Origin: an uncultured Solirubrobacterales bacterium
GTDB taxonomy: Bacteria; Actinomycetota; Thermoleophilia; Solirubrobacterales; 70-9
Reading direction: 5' to 3'
Length of the DNA stretch: 64,000 nt
Assembly: GCA_963695885.1 (NCBI GenBank)
Contig: CAVOIH010000032.1
Coordinates: 31,188 to 95,187 of the forward strand
In this document: one piece after another, positions 8,030 through 17,529 of the stretch
How positions within the stretch are numbered: position 1 is the stretch's first letter
Layout: the number at the start of each line of letters is the position of its first letter
Notes under the pieces: generated by a model
Databases searched by the model: none
Told to the model about the DNA's origin: nothing
Seen by the model: the letters and a program-made list of their open reading frames with translations, nothing else
Program-made: the position numbers and the translations under genes

Positions 8030-9454
8030 TCAGCCCGCCTGGAAAGTCACCATGCGCTCTTCGGTCAGTTCCATGACCGAATAGGCCGGGCCTTCACGCG
8101 TATTGCCCGAATCCTTGACGCCGCCGTAGGGCTGCTGGTCGGCCCGGAACGTCGGCACCTCGTTGATCAGCACGCCGCCGAACTCGAGCACGTTGCCCGC
8201 CTTCAGCCCGTTGCCGATGTCGCGGGTGAATACTCCTGCCTGGAGGCCGAACTTGGAGTCATTGGCCCGGCGGAGTGCTTCGTCGAAGTCGGAAAAGCGG
8301 TCTACCGTGGCCACCGGCCCGAAGATCTCCTCGCACCAGACCTTCGCCTCGGGATCGGGGTGTTCGATCAGGGTGGGGGCTACGCAGCGGTCCCCGTCGA
8401 CCAGCTTGCCGCCGGTGAGCAGCTTGCCGCCGCCGCCGACCGCCTCCTCGATCCATTCCATGACCCGGTCGCGGTCGCCGCGGGTGATCAGCGGGCCGAC
8501 GTCGGTGTTCTCGTCGGCGGGATCGCCCACCACGAGGCCTTCCATGTTGGAGACCAGCCGCTCGATGAACCGGTCGGCGATCGAGTCGTGGACGAGGATC
8601 CGCTGGATCGAGATGCAGCTCTGGCCGGCGTGGGAAAAGGCGTGGATCCGGGCCTTGTCGGCCGCGGTCTCCCAGTCGCCGTCCTCGTTCACGATCAGGG
8701 GCGCGTTCGAGCCGAGCTCGAGGTTGACCTTCTTGTGCGGCACCTTGGCGGCGATGCCCCAGCCCACCGGGACCGACCCGGTGAAGGTGATCGCCCGGGT
8801 CAGTTCGTGCTCGACGATCGCGTTCCCGACCTCCTTGCCGCCACCCGGGATCACGCTGAGCCAGCCGTTCGGCAGTCCGGCGTCGATCAGGACCTGCGCG
8901 AGCTTGAGCGAGGAGAGCGGGGTCTGCCCGGCGGGCTTCAGCACCACCGCGTTGCCGGCGGCGAGCGCCGGGCCGAGCTTGTGCGCGACCAGGTTGAGCG
9001 GGAAGTTGAACGGGCTGATCGCGCCGACCACCCCGTACGGCACCCGCAGCATCACGCCGAGCTTGCCGACGCCGGACCCGGTGGCTTCCATCGGGATCGT
9101 GCCGCCGGTCAGCTTGCGCGCCTCGGTGGCCGAGAATTTGAGGGTGTCGACGGTGCGGGTCGCCTCGGCCGTGGCCGTCTTGATCGGCTTGCCCGCTTCT
9201 TCGCTGATGGTCTTCGCGAGGTCGTCGCGGCGCTCGCGGGCGAGGTCGGCGGCGCGGTCGAGGATCGCGGCCCGCTCGAACTGGGGGAACCCTCCTTCGG
9301 AGTAGACTTGGTGGGCCGCCTCGACTGCCCGGCCGACCAGTTCGGAGTCGCCCTGGGCGACCCGCCCGATCACCCTTTCGTCGTACGGGCTGGGCACCTC
9401 GGCCCACTCGCCGGTTTCGATCCATTCGCCTGCCAACAAGAGTTTGTGGTCCAT
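8030..9454 (-). CDS. NAD(P)-dependent aldehyde dehydrogenase
   Basis: 474 aa. ISPFNFPLNL, VVLKPA, FTGS, catalytic LELGSNAP and HAGQSCIS motifs. Confidence 0.85.
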   Translation of the reverse strand: MDHKLLLAGEWIETGEWAEVPSPYDERVIGRVAQGDSELVGRAVEAAHQVYSEGGFPQFERAAILDRAADLARERRDDLAKTISEEAGKPIKTATAEATRTVDTLKFSATEARKLTGGTIPMEATGSGVGKLGVMLRVPYGVVGAISPFNFPLNLVAHKLGPALAAGNAVVLKPAGQTPLSSLKLAQVLIDAGLPNGWLSVIPGGGKEVGNAIVEHELTRAITFTGSVPVGWGIAAKVPHKKVNLELGSNAPLIVNEDGDWETAADKARIHAFSHAGQSCISIQRILVHDSIADRFIERLVSNMEGLVVGDPADENTDVGPLITRGDRDRVMEWIEEAVGGGGKLLTGGKLVDGDRCVAPTLIEHPDPEAKVWCEEIFGPVATVDRFSDFDEALRRANDSKFGLQAGVFTRDIGNGLKAGNVLEFGGVLINEVPTFRADQQPYGGVKDSGNTREGPAYSVMELTEERMVTFQAG

Positions 9455-9630
9455 GAATCCAGATTAGTTGATGGGTGACTCATGTCATGCAGGTGCGCGT
9501 GCAGGCCGTGGCGGACCGGTGGCCCGACGAAGATCCGCGGTGACTCGCTCCAGTATGCGCTCGGCCTGCTCGACCGGCTCGTCTTCAGCATCAAAAAGAC
9601 CGACAAGCGGATCGACAAGACTTCTGCTGG

Positions 9631-10149
9631 TCAGCCCTCGGGCGTGCCGCTGCCCGAAGGGAGCGGCACCACGGCGCCCATGATGGTGCCGAGCACCGCT
9701 CCGGCGGCCACGTCCGACGGGTAGTGCATGCCGAGGTAGGGGCGGGTGACCGCCATCATGGCCGCGGCCCCGAACAGGGCCAGCTTCAGCTCGGGCGCGA
9801 AACGGGACATCGCGGTCGCCGCGGCGAACGAAGCCGTGGCGTGAGCCGAAGGGAAAGAGAGCGAGGACGGTGCTCCGCCGAGCGGCGGCAGGCCCTCGAG
9901 GACCGGGCGCGGCCTTTTGGCCAGGAGCTTGATGCCGAAGTTGAGGCCGATCGCGACCGGCCCGATCGCGGCGGCGGAGAGCCACTGCCGCCGGCGCGGG
10001 GGATCGAAGGCGGCCCCGGCCAGGCCGATCCCGAACCACAGGTAGCCGTTCTCGCCGCTCTTGGCGATCAGCTGCGCAGCTTTCTCGGCAGCGGGGGCGT
10101 GGCCGCGGGTGCGCATGAACCGGAGCACTTTGAGGTCGGTGTTCATCAT
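9631..10149 (-). CDS. PAP2-family phosphatase (membrane)
   Basis: 172 aa. KLLAKRPRP, SFPSAH and GMHYPSDV match the three PAP2 motifs. Confidence 0.8.
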   Translation of the reverse strand: MMNTDLKVLRFMRTRGHAPAAEKAAQLIAKSGENGYLWFGIGLAGAAFDPPRRRQWLSAAAIGPVAIGLNFGIKLLAKRPRPVLEGLPPLGGAPSSLSFPSAHATASFAAATAMSRFAPELKLALFGAAAMMAVTRPYLGMHYPSDVAAGAVLGTIMGAVVPLPSGSGTPEG

Positions 10150-10212
10150 GCAGTTGCGCGGGATATGAGGGGCCGGTCGGCGAACAAAGGACCGGGTCCG
10201 GACGGCGAGACC

Positions 10213-10425
10213 CTAAAAGCCGATTTTGGCCGCGTTCGTGGTGACGCGCAGGAAGATGACCTTGGCCATGTCGAGGTAGAGCGTTCCTTCCTCGTACTCG
10301 ACCTCGTGGGCTTTCTCGCCGCCGGTCAGGGCGTTGCGGAGCAGGGCGAGCTGGTCGTCGTCGAGCCGGACCGGAACGACCTGGCCGCCTTCGAAGCCGA
10401 TCTCGATCTTGTGGAGCGATGCCAT
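10213..10425 (-). CDS. Small conserved protein, DUF3107-like
   Basis: 70 aa. Its start overlaps the mce stop (ATGA-type coupling). The pattern KIEIGF...LRNAL.GG...EEGTLYLDMAKVIFLRV...KIGF resembles DUF3107 proteins from memory only. Confidence 0.45.
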   Translation of the reverse strand: MASLHKIEIGFEGGQVVPVRLDDDQLALLRNALTGGEKAHEVEYEEGTLYLDMAKVIFLRVTTNAAKIGF

Positions 10426-10838
10426 CAGTGGGCCTCCCTGGAGGGTTCGACGATTTCGGTGAGCACCGAGCCGGTGGCGGCGGGGTGGGCGAACGCGACG
10501 CGGCTGCCGCGGATACCGGTGCGCGGCTCCTTGTCGATCATCCTGATCCCGTTGGCTCTGGCCTGTTCCAGCGCGACGTCGATGTCCTCTACCGAATAGG
10601 CGACGTGGTGGATTCCTTCGCCCTTCTTGTTGATGAACCTGCCGACCGGCGTGTCGTCACCGAGCGGCGCGAGCAGCTCGACGTGGCCCTCACCGACGTC
10701 GAGCAGGACCGCTTCGACTCCCTGTGATTCGACCGTTTCGCGGTGGACGAGCTTCATGTCGAAGCTGCGTTCGTAAAGTTTGATGGCCGCGTCGAGGTCC
10801 TTGACGGCCACGCCGATGTGATCTATGCGAGTGAACAT
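10425..10838 (-). CDS. mce: Methylmalonyl-CoA epimerase (VOC/glyoxalase fold)
   Basis: 137 aa. IDHIGVAVKDLDAAIKLYE...GEGIHHVAYSVEDID...AFAHP is typical of mce. Confidence 0.85.
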   Translation of the reverse strand: MFTRIDHIGVAVKDLDAAIKLYERSFDMKLVHRETVESQGVEAVLLDVGEGHVELLAPLGDDTPVGRFINKKGEGIHHVAYSVEDIDVALEQARANGIRMIDKEPRTGIRGSRVAFAHPAATGSVLTEIVEPSREAH

Positions 10839-10851
10839 TGAGCGGTGGATG

Positions 10852-12144
10852 CTAGCGCTCGGCGGTTCCGAGCATTCGGGGCGGCAGCCAGGTGAAGAGG
10901 TTCTCCATCAGTTCGACGTCCTCGACCGTGACCCGCTCGTCCGGCCCGTGGACCAGGGGTTTGGTCTCGGGGAGGGTCATCCGCTGCGGGCAGAAGCCGA
11001 AAACGGTCGCGTCGAAGGCCATGCGGAACCAGTGGCTGTCGGAGAACCCGGGCATCACCATCGGCAGGACCTTCACCCCGGGCTCGACCGTCTCGACCCA
11101 TTCTTCGAGGGCCTCCGCCAGCGGACCGCCGTAGTCGGAGCGGTTGCCGACGACCGGATCGTTGAACTCGATCCGCCAGTCGCCTTCGCCGAGCACGCCG
11201 TTGATCCGATCGAGGACTTCCGGCTCGGTCATGCCGGGAGGGGTGCGGCAGTCGACCACCAGCTCGGCCCGCGAAGGGATCACGTTCTCGCGGTTCGAGG
11301 CCGCGGCCATGGTCGGGGCCAGCGTGACGCCCAGCATCGGGTCGGCCATCAACTTCGCCACCAGCGGGTCTCCGGACGCGACCTCGGCGAGCGCGGCGTC
11401 GAGGTCGCCGGGCGGGTGGCCGAGCAGCCGCTCGAGGAAGCGGTCGGTATCGGCGGTCGATTCACGGGGAGGCTGGTTTCGCAGGCGGGGCAGCGCCTCG
11501 GCCAGCTTCAGCAGGGCGTTGTCCCCGACGCCGGGGAGCGATCCGTGCCCGGCGACGCCGTCGGCGACGAGGGTGAACCGGAAGGTCCCCTTCTCGCCGA
11601 CGGCGAGGGTGAAGAAGCGCTCGCCGTTGAAATCGACGACCTCGCCGGCGCCTTCGTTCAGCACCCACTCGCAACGAACCTTGTCGGCCTGCTCGGCGCA
11701 TAGCCATTGGGCGCCGAAGTGGGCGCCGGTCTCTTCGTCGGCCGCGACCACCAGCAGCAGGTCGCCTTTCGCGGGGCGCCAGCCGGACCGGGCCAGGGTC
11801 AGGCAGGCGGCCGTCTCGGCCGCGACCTGGTCCTTCATGTCGAGCGCGCCACGGCCCCAGATGTACCCGTCCTCGAGGTCTCCCGACCAGGGGTCGTGCG
11901 TCCATTCTTCGGGCTTGGCCGGCACGGTGTCGACGTGGCTGATCAGGGCCAGGTTCGGGCCTGGTTCGGCACCCTTCAGGCGGGCGACGAGGTTGGGCCG
12001 CTCCGGGACCCTGGCGAGCAGTTCGGTCTCCCAGCCCATGCCGTCGAGCATCCCCTGCAGGTATTCGAGCGCCTCACCTTCGTTGCCGGGCGGATTCACC
12101 GTGTTGAAACGGATCAGTCGCTGGAGCAGCTCTGGAGCCTTCAT
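10852..12144 (-). CDS. M20 family metallopeptidase (dipeptidase / ArgE-DapE-like)
   Basis: The track ORF 10852-12381 has an R/P-rich N-terminal extension. I chose the internal ATG at 12144 (MKAPELLQRLIRFNTVNPPGNEGEA...). ISHVDTVPA and DEETG motifs. Confidence 0.8.
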   Translation of the reverse strand: MKAPELLQRLIRFNTVNPPGNEGEALEYLQGMLDGMGWETELLARVPERPNLVARLKGAEPGPNLALISHVDTVPAKPEEWTHDPWSGDLEDGYIWGRGALDMKDQVAAETAACLTLARSGWRPAKGDLLLVVAADEETGAHFGAQWLCAEQADKVRCEWVLNEGAGEVVDFNGERFFTLAVGEKGTFRFTLVADGVAGHGSLPGVGDNALLKLAEALPRLRNQPPRESTADTDRFLERLLGHPPGDLDAALAEVASGDPLVAKLMADPMLGVTLAPTMAAASNRENVIPSRAELVVDCRTPPGMTEPEVLDRINGVLGEGDWRIEFNDPVVGNRSDYGGPLAEALEEWVETVEPGVKVLPMVMPGFSDSHWFRMAFDATVFGFCPQRMTLPETKPLVHGPDERVTVEDVELMENLFTWLPPRMLGTAER

Positions 12145-12247
12145 GCTGCCAGTATTCCACCGTCGCCGACACGATCGGGCCGCCCATGTCACCGGCCTCC
12201 ACGCCGTCAGCTTGGGTCCCGGCGCATGTTCGGCTGCGGCCGGGTGT

Positions 12248-13009
12248 CTAGAAGATCGCCTGGGCTGCCATCGCCAGGCCGGTGATGACGAGCACGACGG
12301 CGATCGCCTTGACCAGGGTGTCGTCGGGCAGGCGCCCGGTGAACCTCGAACCGAAGAAGGCGCCGGGGACGGCCGCCGCACTGCCGATCAGGAAGACGGT
12401 CCAGTCGACCCCGCCCGGAAGGTGGCCGAGCAGCCCGCCGATCCCGACGACGACCCCGGCCGCGGAGTTGGTCCCGACCGCGCTCTTCGGGCTCATGCCC
12501 ATGTACTTGAGCATCGCGGGCAACCGCAGGGATCCGAGGATCAGCCCGACGAAACCTCCGAGGAGCCCGACCGCGAATCCGACCAGGACCGCTTCGATCA
12601 GGATGTTGCCCTTCTGGACCCGCGGGGCGTCGTCGGTGGCCTTCGGGCGCTGGTAGCGCCACACCTCGACCGCTCCGTAGAGCACGACGATCGAGATCGC
12701 GCCGAGCAGGATGCGATCGGGCAGGACGCCGGAGATCAGGCCGCCGGCGACCGCTCCGACGAAGGAACTGGGGGCCATCCAGAGGAAGATGCGCGGGTTG
12801 AACCGGCCGTTCCGGATGTGGACGATCGTCGAGGTCATGGCGGCTGCGCCCGAGATCGCGACGTTCGCCCCGGCCGCGGCCGCGGCCGAGCTGCCGATCA
12901 GCACGACGACGGGCAGGCGCAGGTTGCCGAGCACCAGTCCGACCATGCCCCCGGCGAACGAGACCGCGAACGACCAGACGAGCAGGACGGCGACTTCAAC
13001 GGGATCCAT
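12248..13009 (-). CDS. TauE/SafE family sulfite/anion exporter (DUF81)
   Basis: 253 aa, about 8 TM helices, internally duplicated G-rich helices typical of TauE/SafE. Confidence 0.8.
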   Translation of the reverse strand: MDPVEVAVLLVWSFAVSFAGGMVGLVLGNLRLPVVVLIGSSAAAAAGANVAISGAAAMTSTIVHIRNGRFNPRIFLWMAPSSFVGAVAGGLISGVLPDRILLGAISIVVLYGAVEVWRYQRPKATDDAPRVQKGNILIEAVLVGFAVGLLGGFVGLILGSLRLPAMLKYMGMSPKSAVGTNSAAGVVVGIGGLLGHLPGGVDWTVFLIGSAAAVPGAFFGSRFTGRLPDDTLVKAIAVVLVITGLAMAAQAIF

Positions 13010-13052
13010 TCGAAGGGATTATCAACCGTCAGCACCTTCATACTCGTTACCA

Positions 13053-14414
13053 ATGAGTGATTCGCTATTCGACGCCGACGAACACGCTCCGCCGCCGAAC
13101 GAGCGGCCCGGCCCGGAGGCACCGCTCGCGGCCCGGATGCGGCCCGTCGAACTGGGCGAAGTCGTCGGGCAGGAACACATCCTGGGCGAAGGCACGACGC
13201 TCCAGAAGGCCGTTGCCGCCGGCCGTCCGCACAGCGCGATCCTCTACGGGCCGCCCGGCACCGGGAAGACCACCCTGGCCCGGATCATCGCGGGCATGTC
13301 CGATGGCGCGTTCGAGGAGGAATCGGCGGTCAATGCGGGCCGTGCACAGATCCGCGAGGTGATCGGGAGGGCGGAGCAGCGCCGGCAGAACTCCGGCCGT
13401 CGCACCGTCCTCTTCCTCGACGAGATCCACCGGTTCAACAAGGCGCAGCAGGACGCGTTGCTGCCCGCGGTCGAGAGCGGCGTCCTCACCCTGATCGGGG
13501 CGACCACCGAGAACCCGTACTTCGAAGTCAACTCGGCGCTCATCTCCCGCTGCCAGGTCTACGAGCTGAAGAAGCTCGGTCCGGAAGAGATCCGGACCCT
13601 GCTCGACCGGGCTCTCGCCGATGCCGGGCCCGGCGTCGGCGGGCAGGTCGAGGTCGACGACGCCGCGCTCGAACTGCTGGCCGAACGGGCCGGCGGCGAC
13701 GCCCGGGCGGCACTGGCCGCGCTCGAGCGGCTCGCCGCCGCCGGCGGGACGGCCGGGCTCGCCGAGGCGGAGGATGCGCTCCAGGCCCAGGCGATCGCGT
13801 ACGACAAGGGCGGCGACCACCACTTCGACTACATCTCCGCCTGGATCAAGGCGACCCGCGGCTCCGACCCCGACGCCTCGCTCTACTACCTCGCGGTGAT
13901 GCTCGAAGCCGGCGAGGACCCGCGGTTCATCGCCCGCCGGATGGTCATCCTCGCTTCGGAGGACATCGGCAACGCCGATCCGCAGGCGCTGCTCGTCGCA
14001 ACTGCCGCGGGCGCGGCCGTGGACCGGGTCGGGATGCCCGAAGCCGGGCTCAACCTCGCCCAGGCGGCGACCTACCTCTCACTGGCGCCGAAGTCGAACG
14101 CTTCGTACGCGGCACTGGACCGGGCCCGGGAGGAAGTCAGGCAGAACGGTCCCAAGCTGCCACCGGACCACCTGCGCGACAGCCACTACCCCGGCGCGGA
14201 AAAACTCGGGCGTGGCATCGGCTATGCCTACCCGCACGACGTCAAGGGCGGCGTCTCGGACCAGTCCCTGATGCCCGAGGGGCTGGAGGATTCCCGCTAC
14301 TACGAGCCGACCGAATACGGATTCGAAGCCGAGCTCAAGCGGCGCCGCGAGGCGGCCGACCGTATCCGCGGCAAGGATGGTGCGTCAAAGCCAGAACCTG
14401 AGCCAAATCCTTAG
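13053..14414 (+). CDS. rarA: Replication-associated recombination protein A (AAA+ ATPase)
   Basis: ATG at 13053 inside track ORF 12711-14414. GPPGTGKTTLA, FLDEIHRFNKAQQDALLP, ATTENPYFEV. Confidence 0.9.
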   Translation: MSDSLFDADEHAPPPNERPGPEAPLAARMRPVELGEVVGQEHILGEGTTLQKAVAAGRPHSAILYGPPGTGKTTLARIIAGMSDGAFEEESAVNAGRAQIREVIGRAEQRRQNSGRRTVLFLDEIHRFNKAQQDALLPAVESGVLTLIGATTENPYFEVNSALISRCQVYELKKLGPEEIRTLLDRALADAGPGVGGQVEVDDAALELLAERAGGDARAALAALERLAAAGGTAGLAEAEDALQAQAIAYDKGGDHHFDYISAWIKATRGSDPDASLYYLAVMLEAGEDPRFIARRMVILASEDIGNADPQALLVATAAGAAVDRVGMPEAGLNLAQAATYLSLAPKSNASYAALDRAREEVRQNGPKLPPDHLRDSHYPGAEKLGRGIGYAYPHDVKGGVSDQSLMPEGLEDSRYYEPTEYGFEAELKRRREAADRIRGKDGASKPEPEPNP

Positions 14415-14598
14415 GCAACCTTTATTGACGCCGCCACAACTACTGGCGGCTCGAAGGGTTCTATCAGCAGACCCGCGCTGAGAATGAAACAAGCTCGCAA
14501 GGGTGTTGTGTCGGCCGGAGACTCGGACTGGGGGTCTCCGGCCGAAGTACTTAACGGGGTGCGGACGTCCCTGAGAACCATCCGCTGCGGGATAAGCA

Positions 14599-16248
14599 AT
14601 GCCGCCCCCTGTGTTGCCTGCCGAGGCTTACACTTCTGGAATGCCTACCGAGACCCTCGCCCCGCAGCCATCCACTGAGACCCAGACTCTTGATTCCTTC
14701 AACCCGGCCACGGGTGAAGTCGTCGGGACCGTGCCGACGATCACCCCCGAACAGGTCCAGGGGATCGTCGATGACGTGGCCGCGATCCAGCCTGCGTGGG
14801 CTGAACTGACCCCGGGCGACCGTGGTGTCTACTTGAAGCGTGCCGCTTCGGTGCTCCTCGACCGCCTCGACGAGATCGCGGAACTGCTTTCCGAGGAGCA
14901 GGGCAAGCCGATCTCCGAGTGCTACACGATGGAACTGATCCCCTCGATCGACGCCCTCCGCTGGTGCGCCAAGGAGGGACCGAAGATCCTCAAGGACGAG
15001 AAGATCGGTTACCCGCAGCCGCACTTCAAGACCAAGCGCTCCAAGTTCCATTACCAGCCGATCGGCGTGGTCGGGGTCATCGCGCCCTGGAACTACCCCT
15101 TCACGATCCCGATGCAGGAGATCGCGATCGCCCTGATGTGCGGCAACGGCGTAGTACTCAAGCCGGCCAGCCTCACCCCGCTGCTCGGCGAGGCGATCCG
15201 GTCGGTCTTCGAAGACGCCGGACTCCCTCAGGGGCTGATCCGCACCGTGCACGGCGGTGGCCGGATCGGTGACGCGCTGACCAAGTCCAGTACGGGCAAG
15301 ATCTTCTTCACCGGTTCGGTGCCGGTCGGTTATAAGGTCGGCGAGGAGTGCGCCAAGCTGATGAAGGGCTGCGTGCTCGAACTCGGCGGCAAGGACCCAA
15401 TGATCGTGCTCGGTGACGCCAACCTCGACTTCGCCGTCTCGGGAGCGGTCTGGGGCGGGTTCGCCAACGCCGGCCAGACCTGCGCCGGGATCGAGCGGGC
15501 CTACGTGATGAGCGAGGTCAGCGAAGAGTTCATCGAAGGCGTGGTCAAGGGCGCGAGCGCCCTCAAGGTGGGCGACCCGTCGCAGTTCGACACCGAGATC
15601 GGCCCGATGGTCTCGAAGGACCAATACGACCTGGTCAACGAACTCGTGGACGACGCGATCGCGAACGGTGCCGAGCGCCGCTGCGGCGGACCCGTCGACG
15701 TAGACGGCTTCCCCGAAGGCAACTTCATCGCGCCGACCGTGCTGACCGGCGTCACGCATGACATGCGCATCATGAAAGAGGAGATCTTCGGACCGGTGCT
15801 GCCGATCATGGTGGTCGACTCCGAGCAGGAGGCCCTCGACCTGGCCAACGATTCCGAGTTCGGCCTCGGTGCCTCCGTGTGGACCAGGGACCGCCAGCGC
15901 GGCGAGCGCATCGCCGGCCGCATCGAATCCGGCATGGTCTGGATCAACGACCACATGTTCACCCACGGTGCCTGCCAGTGCAACTGGGGCGGCGTGAAGG
16001 ACTCCGGCCTCGGCCACTCGCACTCGAAGTTCGGTTTCTACGAGTGCGTCGACATCAAGCTCGTCACCTACGAGCCGGGGCTCACCCGGAACTTCTGGTG
16101 GCATCCGTACGACGAGACCCTCTCGGACGCGATGCGCGCTTCGGCCAAGCTCCTCTACGGCAAGGGCGGCGACCGCATCGAAGCCCTGAAGGACGGCGCC
16201 GGACCGCTGCTCAAGGTCGGCCGGCGCATCACCAAGCGAAAAAACTGA
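14599..16248 (+). CDS. Aldehyde dehydrogenase family protein
   Basis: 549 aa. APWNYPF, VVLKPAS, FTGS, LELGGKDP, NAGQTCAGIER. The start could instead be the ATG at 14641. Confidence 0.85.
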   Translation: MPPPVLPAEAYTSGMPTETLAPQPSTETQTLDSFNPATGEVVGTVPTITPEQVQGIVDDVAAIQPAWAELTPGDRGVYLKRAASVLLDRLDEIAELLSEEQGKPISECYTMELIPSIDALRWCAKEGPKILKDEKIGYPQPHFKTKRSKFHYQPIGVVGVIAPWNYPFTIPMQEIAIALMCGNGVVLKPASLTPLLGEAIRSVFEDAGLPQGLIRTVHGGGRIGDALTKSSTGKIFFTGSVPVGYKVGEECAKLMKGCVLELGGKDPMIVLGDANLDFAVSGAVWGGFANAGQTCAGIERAYVMSEVSEEFIEGVVKGASALKVGDPSQFDTEIGPMVSKDQYDLVNELVDDAIANGAERRCGGPVDVDGFPEGNFIAPTVLTGVTHDMRIMKEEIFGPVLPIMVVDSEQEALDLANDSEFGLGASVWTRDRQRGERIAGRIESGMVWINDHMFTHGACQCNWGGVKDSGLGHSHSKFGFYECVDIKLVTYEPGLTRNFWWHPYDETLSDAMRASAKLLYGKGGDRIEALKDGAGPLLKVGRRITKRKN

Positions 16249-16286
16249 GGACCGGAAGCCTCAGGCTGCCGCTGCTCGTCCTGGCC

Positions 16287-16742
16287 GTGATGGCGGTCGG
16301 CGGGGTCGTGCTCGTCTTCATGAGCCGTGGGGAGGACGAAGGTGACGACTCGCCCGGTCAGGCGAAGACCGCCACCGGGGAAACCGGGTTCGATTCGGCG
16401 AACCGCCCGTCGAACGATCCGGGCTCGGACAGCGAGCCGGTCCGGGTGCCTCGGCTGCCGAAATCGACCTGCTCTCCCGGGCTGACCAACTGCGTTGTCG
16501 CTTCCGGCCGGGTCGTCTACGTCGAGGCGGTCAACCCGGACGGTGACGGTGACGCGCACTTCGTGACGGCGAGCGCCGACAGCGTCACCGGACCGGGGAT
16601 CACGATCTTCGACGTGAAGGAGGAGCTGAGGCCGGATCCGCTGCCCGGCATCGGAGACCTGGTCGGAGGGGCCGGACCGGTATTCCCCGGGTCACAAGGC
16701 CAGAAGCAGATCGAAGTGACCGAATTCCACGTGGCCGAATGA
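16287..16742 (+). CDS. Hypothetical membrane-anchored/secreted protein (start uncertain)
   Basis: Tail of track ORF 15879-16742. An N-terminal hydrophobic segment (LRLPLLVLAVMAVGGVVLVFM) suggests initiation upstream of ATG 16290, possibly at the CTG at 16245 overlapping the preceding TGA. No recognised family. Confidence 0.35.
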   Translation: MMAVGGVVLVFMSRGEDEGDDSPGQAKTATGETGFDSANRPSNDPGSDSEPVRVPRLPKSTCSPGLTNCVVASGRVVYVEAVNPDGDGDAHFVTASADSVTGPGITIFDVKEELRPDPLPGIGDLVGGAGPVFPGSQGQKQIEVTEFHVAE

Positions 16743-16747
16743 CCAAG

Positions 16748-16792
16748 GGTGATCGGGATTACAACGGATATGCCGTTGTAATCCCGATCACC
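16748..16792 (+). terminator. Perfect 20-bp stem hairpin directly 3' of a stop codon (no U-tract)
   Basis: ggtgatcgggattacaacgg-atatg-ccgttgtaatcccgatcacc, 6 nt after the TGA at 16740-16742 and upstream of ccmA. Confidence 0.5.
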
Positions 16793-16821
16793 TTCGTCCA
16801 GTTGGGCCGGGAACCGGGGGT

Positions 16822-17529
16822 TTGCCGGCCTGGGCTGGGACAATCCCCGCCTTGACCGACCGCACCGACATTTCCGGGCAACCGGCAGTTCACCTGCGCG
16901 GCCTCGGCCGTGACTACGGCGACCTGCCCGCGCTCCGGGATCTCGACCTCGACCTGCCCGCCGGCTCGTCACTGGCCGTGCTCGGGCCGAACGGTTCCGG
17001 CAAGAGCACCCTGCTCCGGATCCTCGCCACGCTGCTGCGGCCGACCCGCGGCGAGGTGACCATCCTCGGCAACGAGATCCCGAAGGAGAGCTGGAAGCTG
17101 CGTGGGCTCATCGGCTACCTCGGCCATGAGCCGCTGCTCTACCAGGACCTGACCGGCCGGGAGAACCTGGAACTCCATGGGAAGCTCCACGGGCTGAAGA
17201 CGGAGGAAGCAAACCGCCGGATCGGCGTCGGCCTGGAACTGATGCAGATGGGCCGCCGCGCCGAGCGCCGGGTCAGCGAGTACTCGGCCGGCATGCGGCA
17301 GCGGATCGCGATCTGCCGGGCCGTGCTCCACCGGCCGAAGCTGCTCCTGCTCGACGAGCCGGACTCGAACCTCGACCCCGAGGGCCGCGAACTGGCCCGG
17401 AAACTGATCGGTCCCGGCGAAGGGCGGACCCGGGTCCTCGTCTCGCACGAGCCTGAGCGGGCGCGGGCCGAGGCTGACGCCGTCTTGACCCTCGACCGAA
17501 GCGGCCGCGCGACGGAGCCGGTCGCATGA
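16822..17529 (+). CDS. ccmA: Heme-exporter ABC transporter ATP-binding protein CcmA
   Basis: 235 aa, TTG start. GPNGSGKSTLLR Walker A, YSAGMRQR signature, LLLLDEP Walker B. Immediately followed by ccmB/C/D homologues. Confidence 0.75.
   Translation: MPAWAGTIPALTDRTDISGQPAVHLRGLGRDYGDLPALRDLDLDLPAGSSLAVLGPNGSGKSTLLRILATLLRPTRGEVTILGNEIPKESWKLRGLIGYLGHEPLLYQDLTGRENLELHGKLHGLKTEEANRRIGVGLELMQMGRRAERRVSEYSAGMRQRIAICRAVLHRPKLLLLDEPDSNLDPEGRELARKLIGPGEGRTRVLVSHEPERARAEADAVLTLDRSGRATEPVA

Noticed and set aside
1-9454. Idea that mdlC, the FAD-linked oxidase and the nearby aldehyde dehydrogenase form a mandelate-degradation cluster
   Set aside because: The genes are separated by unrelated genes, and the oxidase is of the GlcD/D-lactate dehydrogenase type rather than FMN mandelate dehydrogenase. 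No racemase or regulator is visible. The link is too speculative.
14415-14598. 185-nt leader upstream of the second aldehyde dehydrogenase, with hairpins gccgcca-N7-tggcggc and ccggagac-N11-gtctccgg; considered as a riboswitch
   Set aside because: I could not match it to any riboswitch consensus I know. The first hairpin is more simply the rarA terminator. It needs an Rfam scan before any claim.
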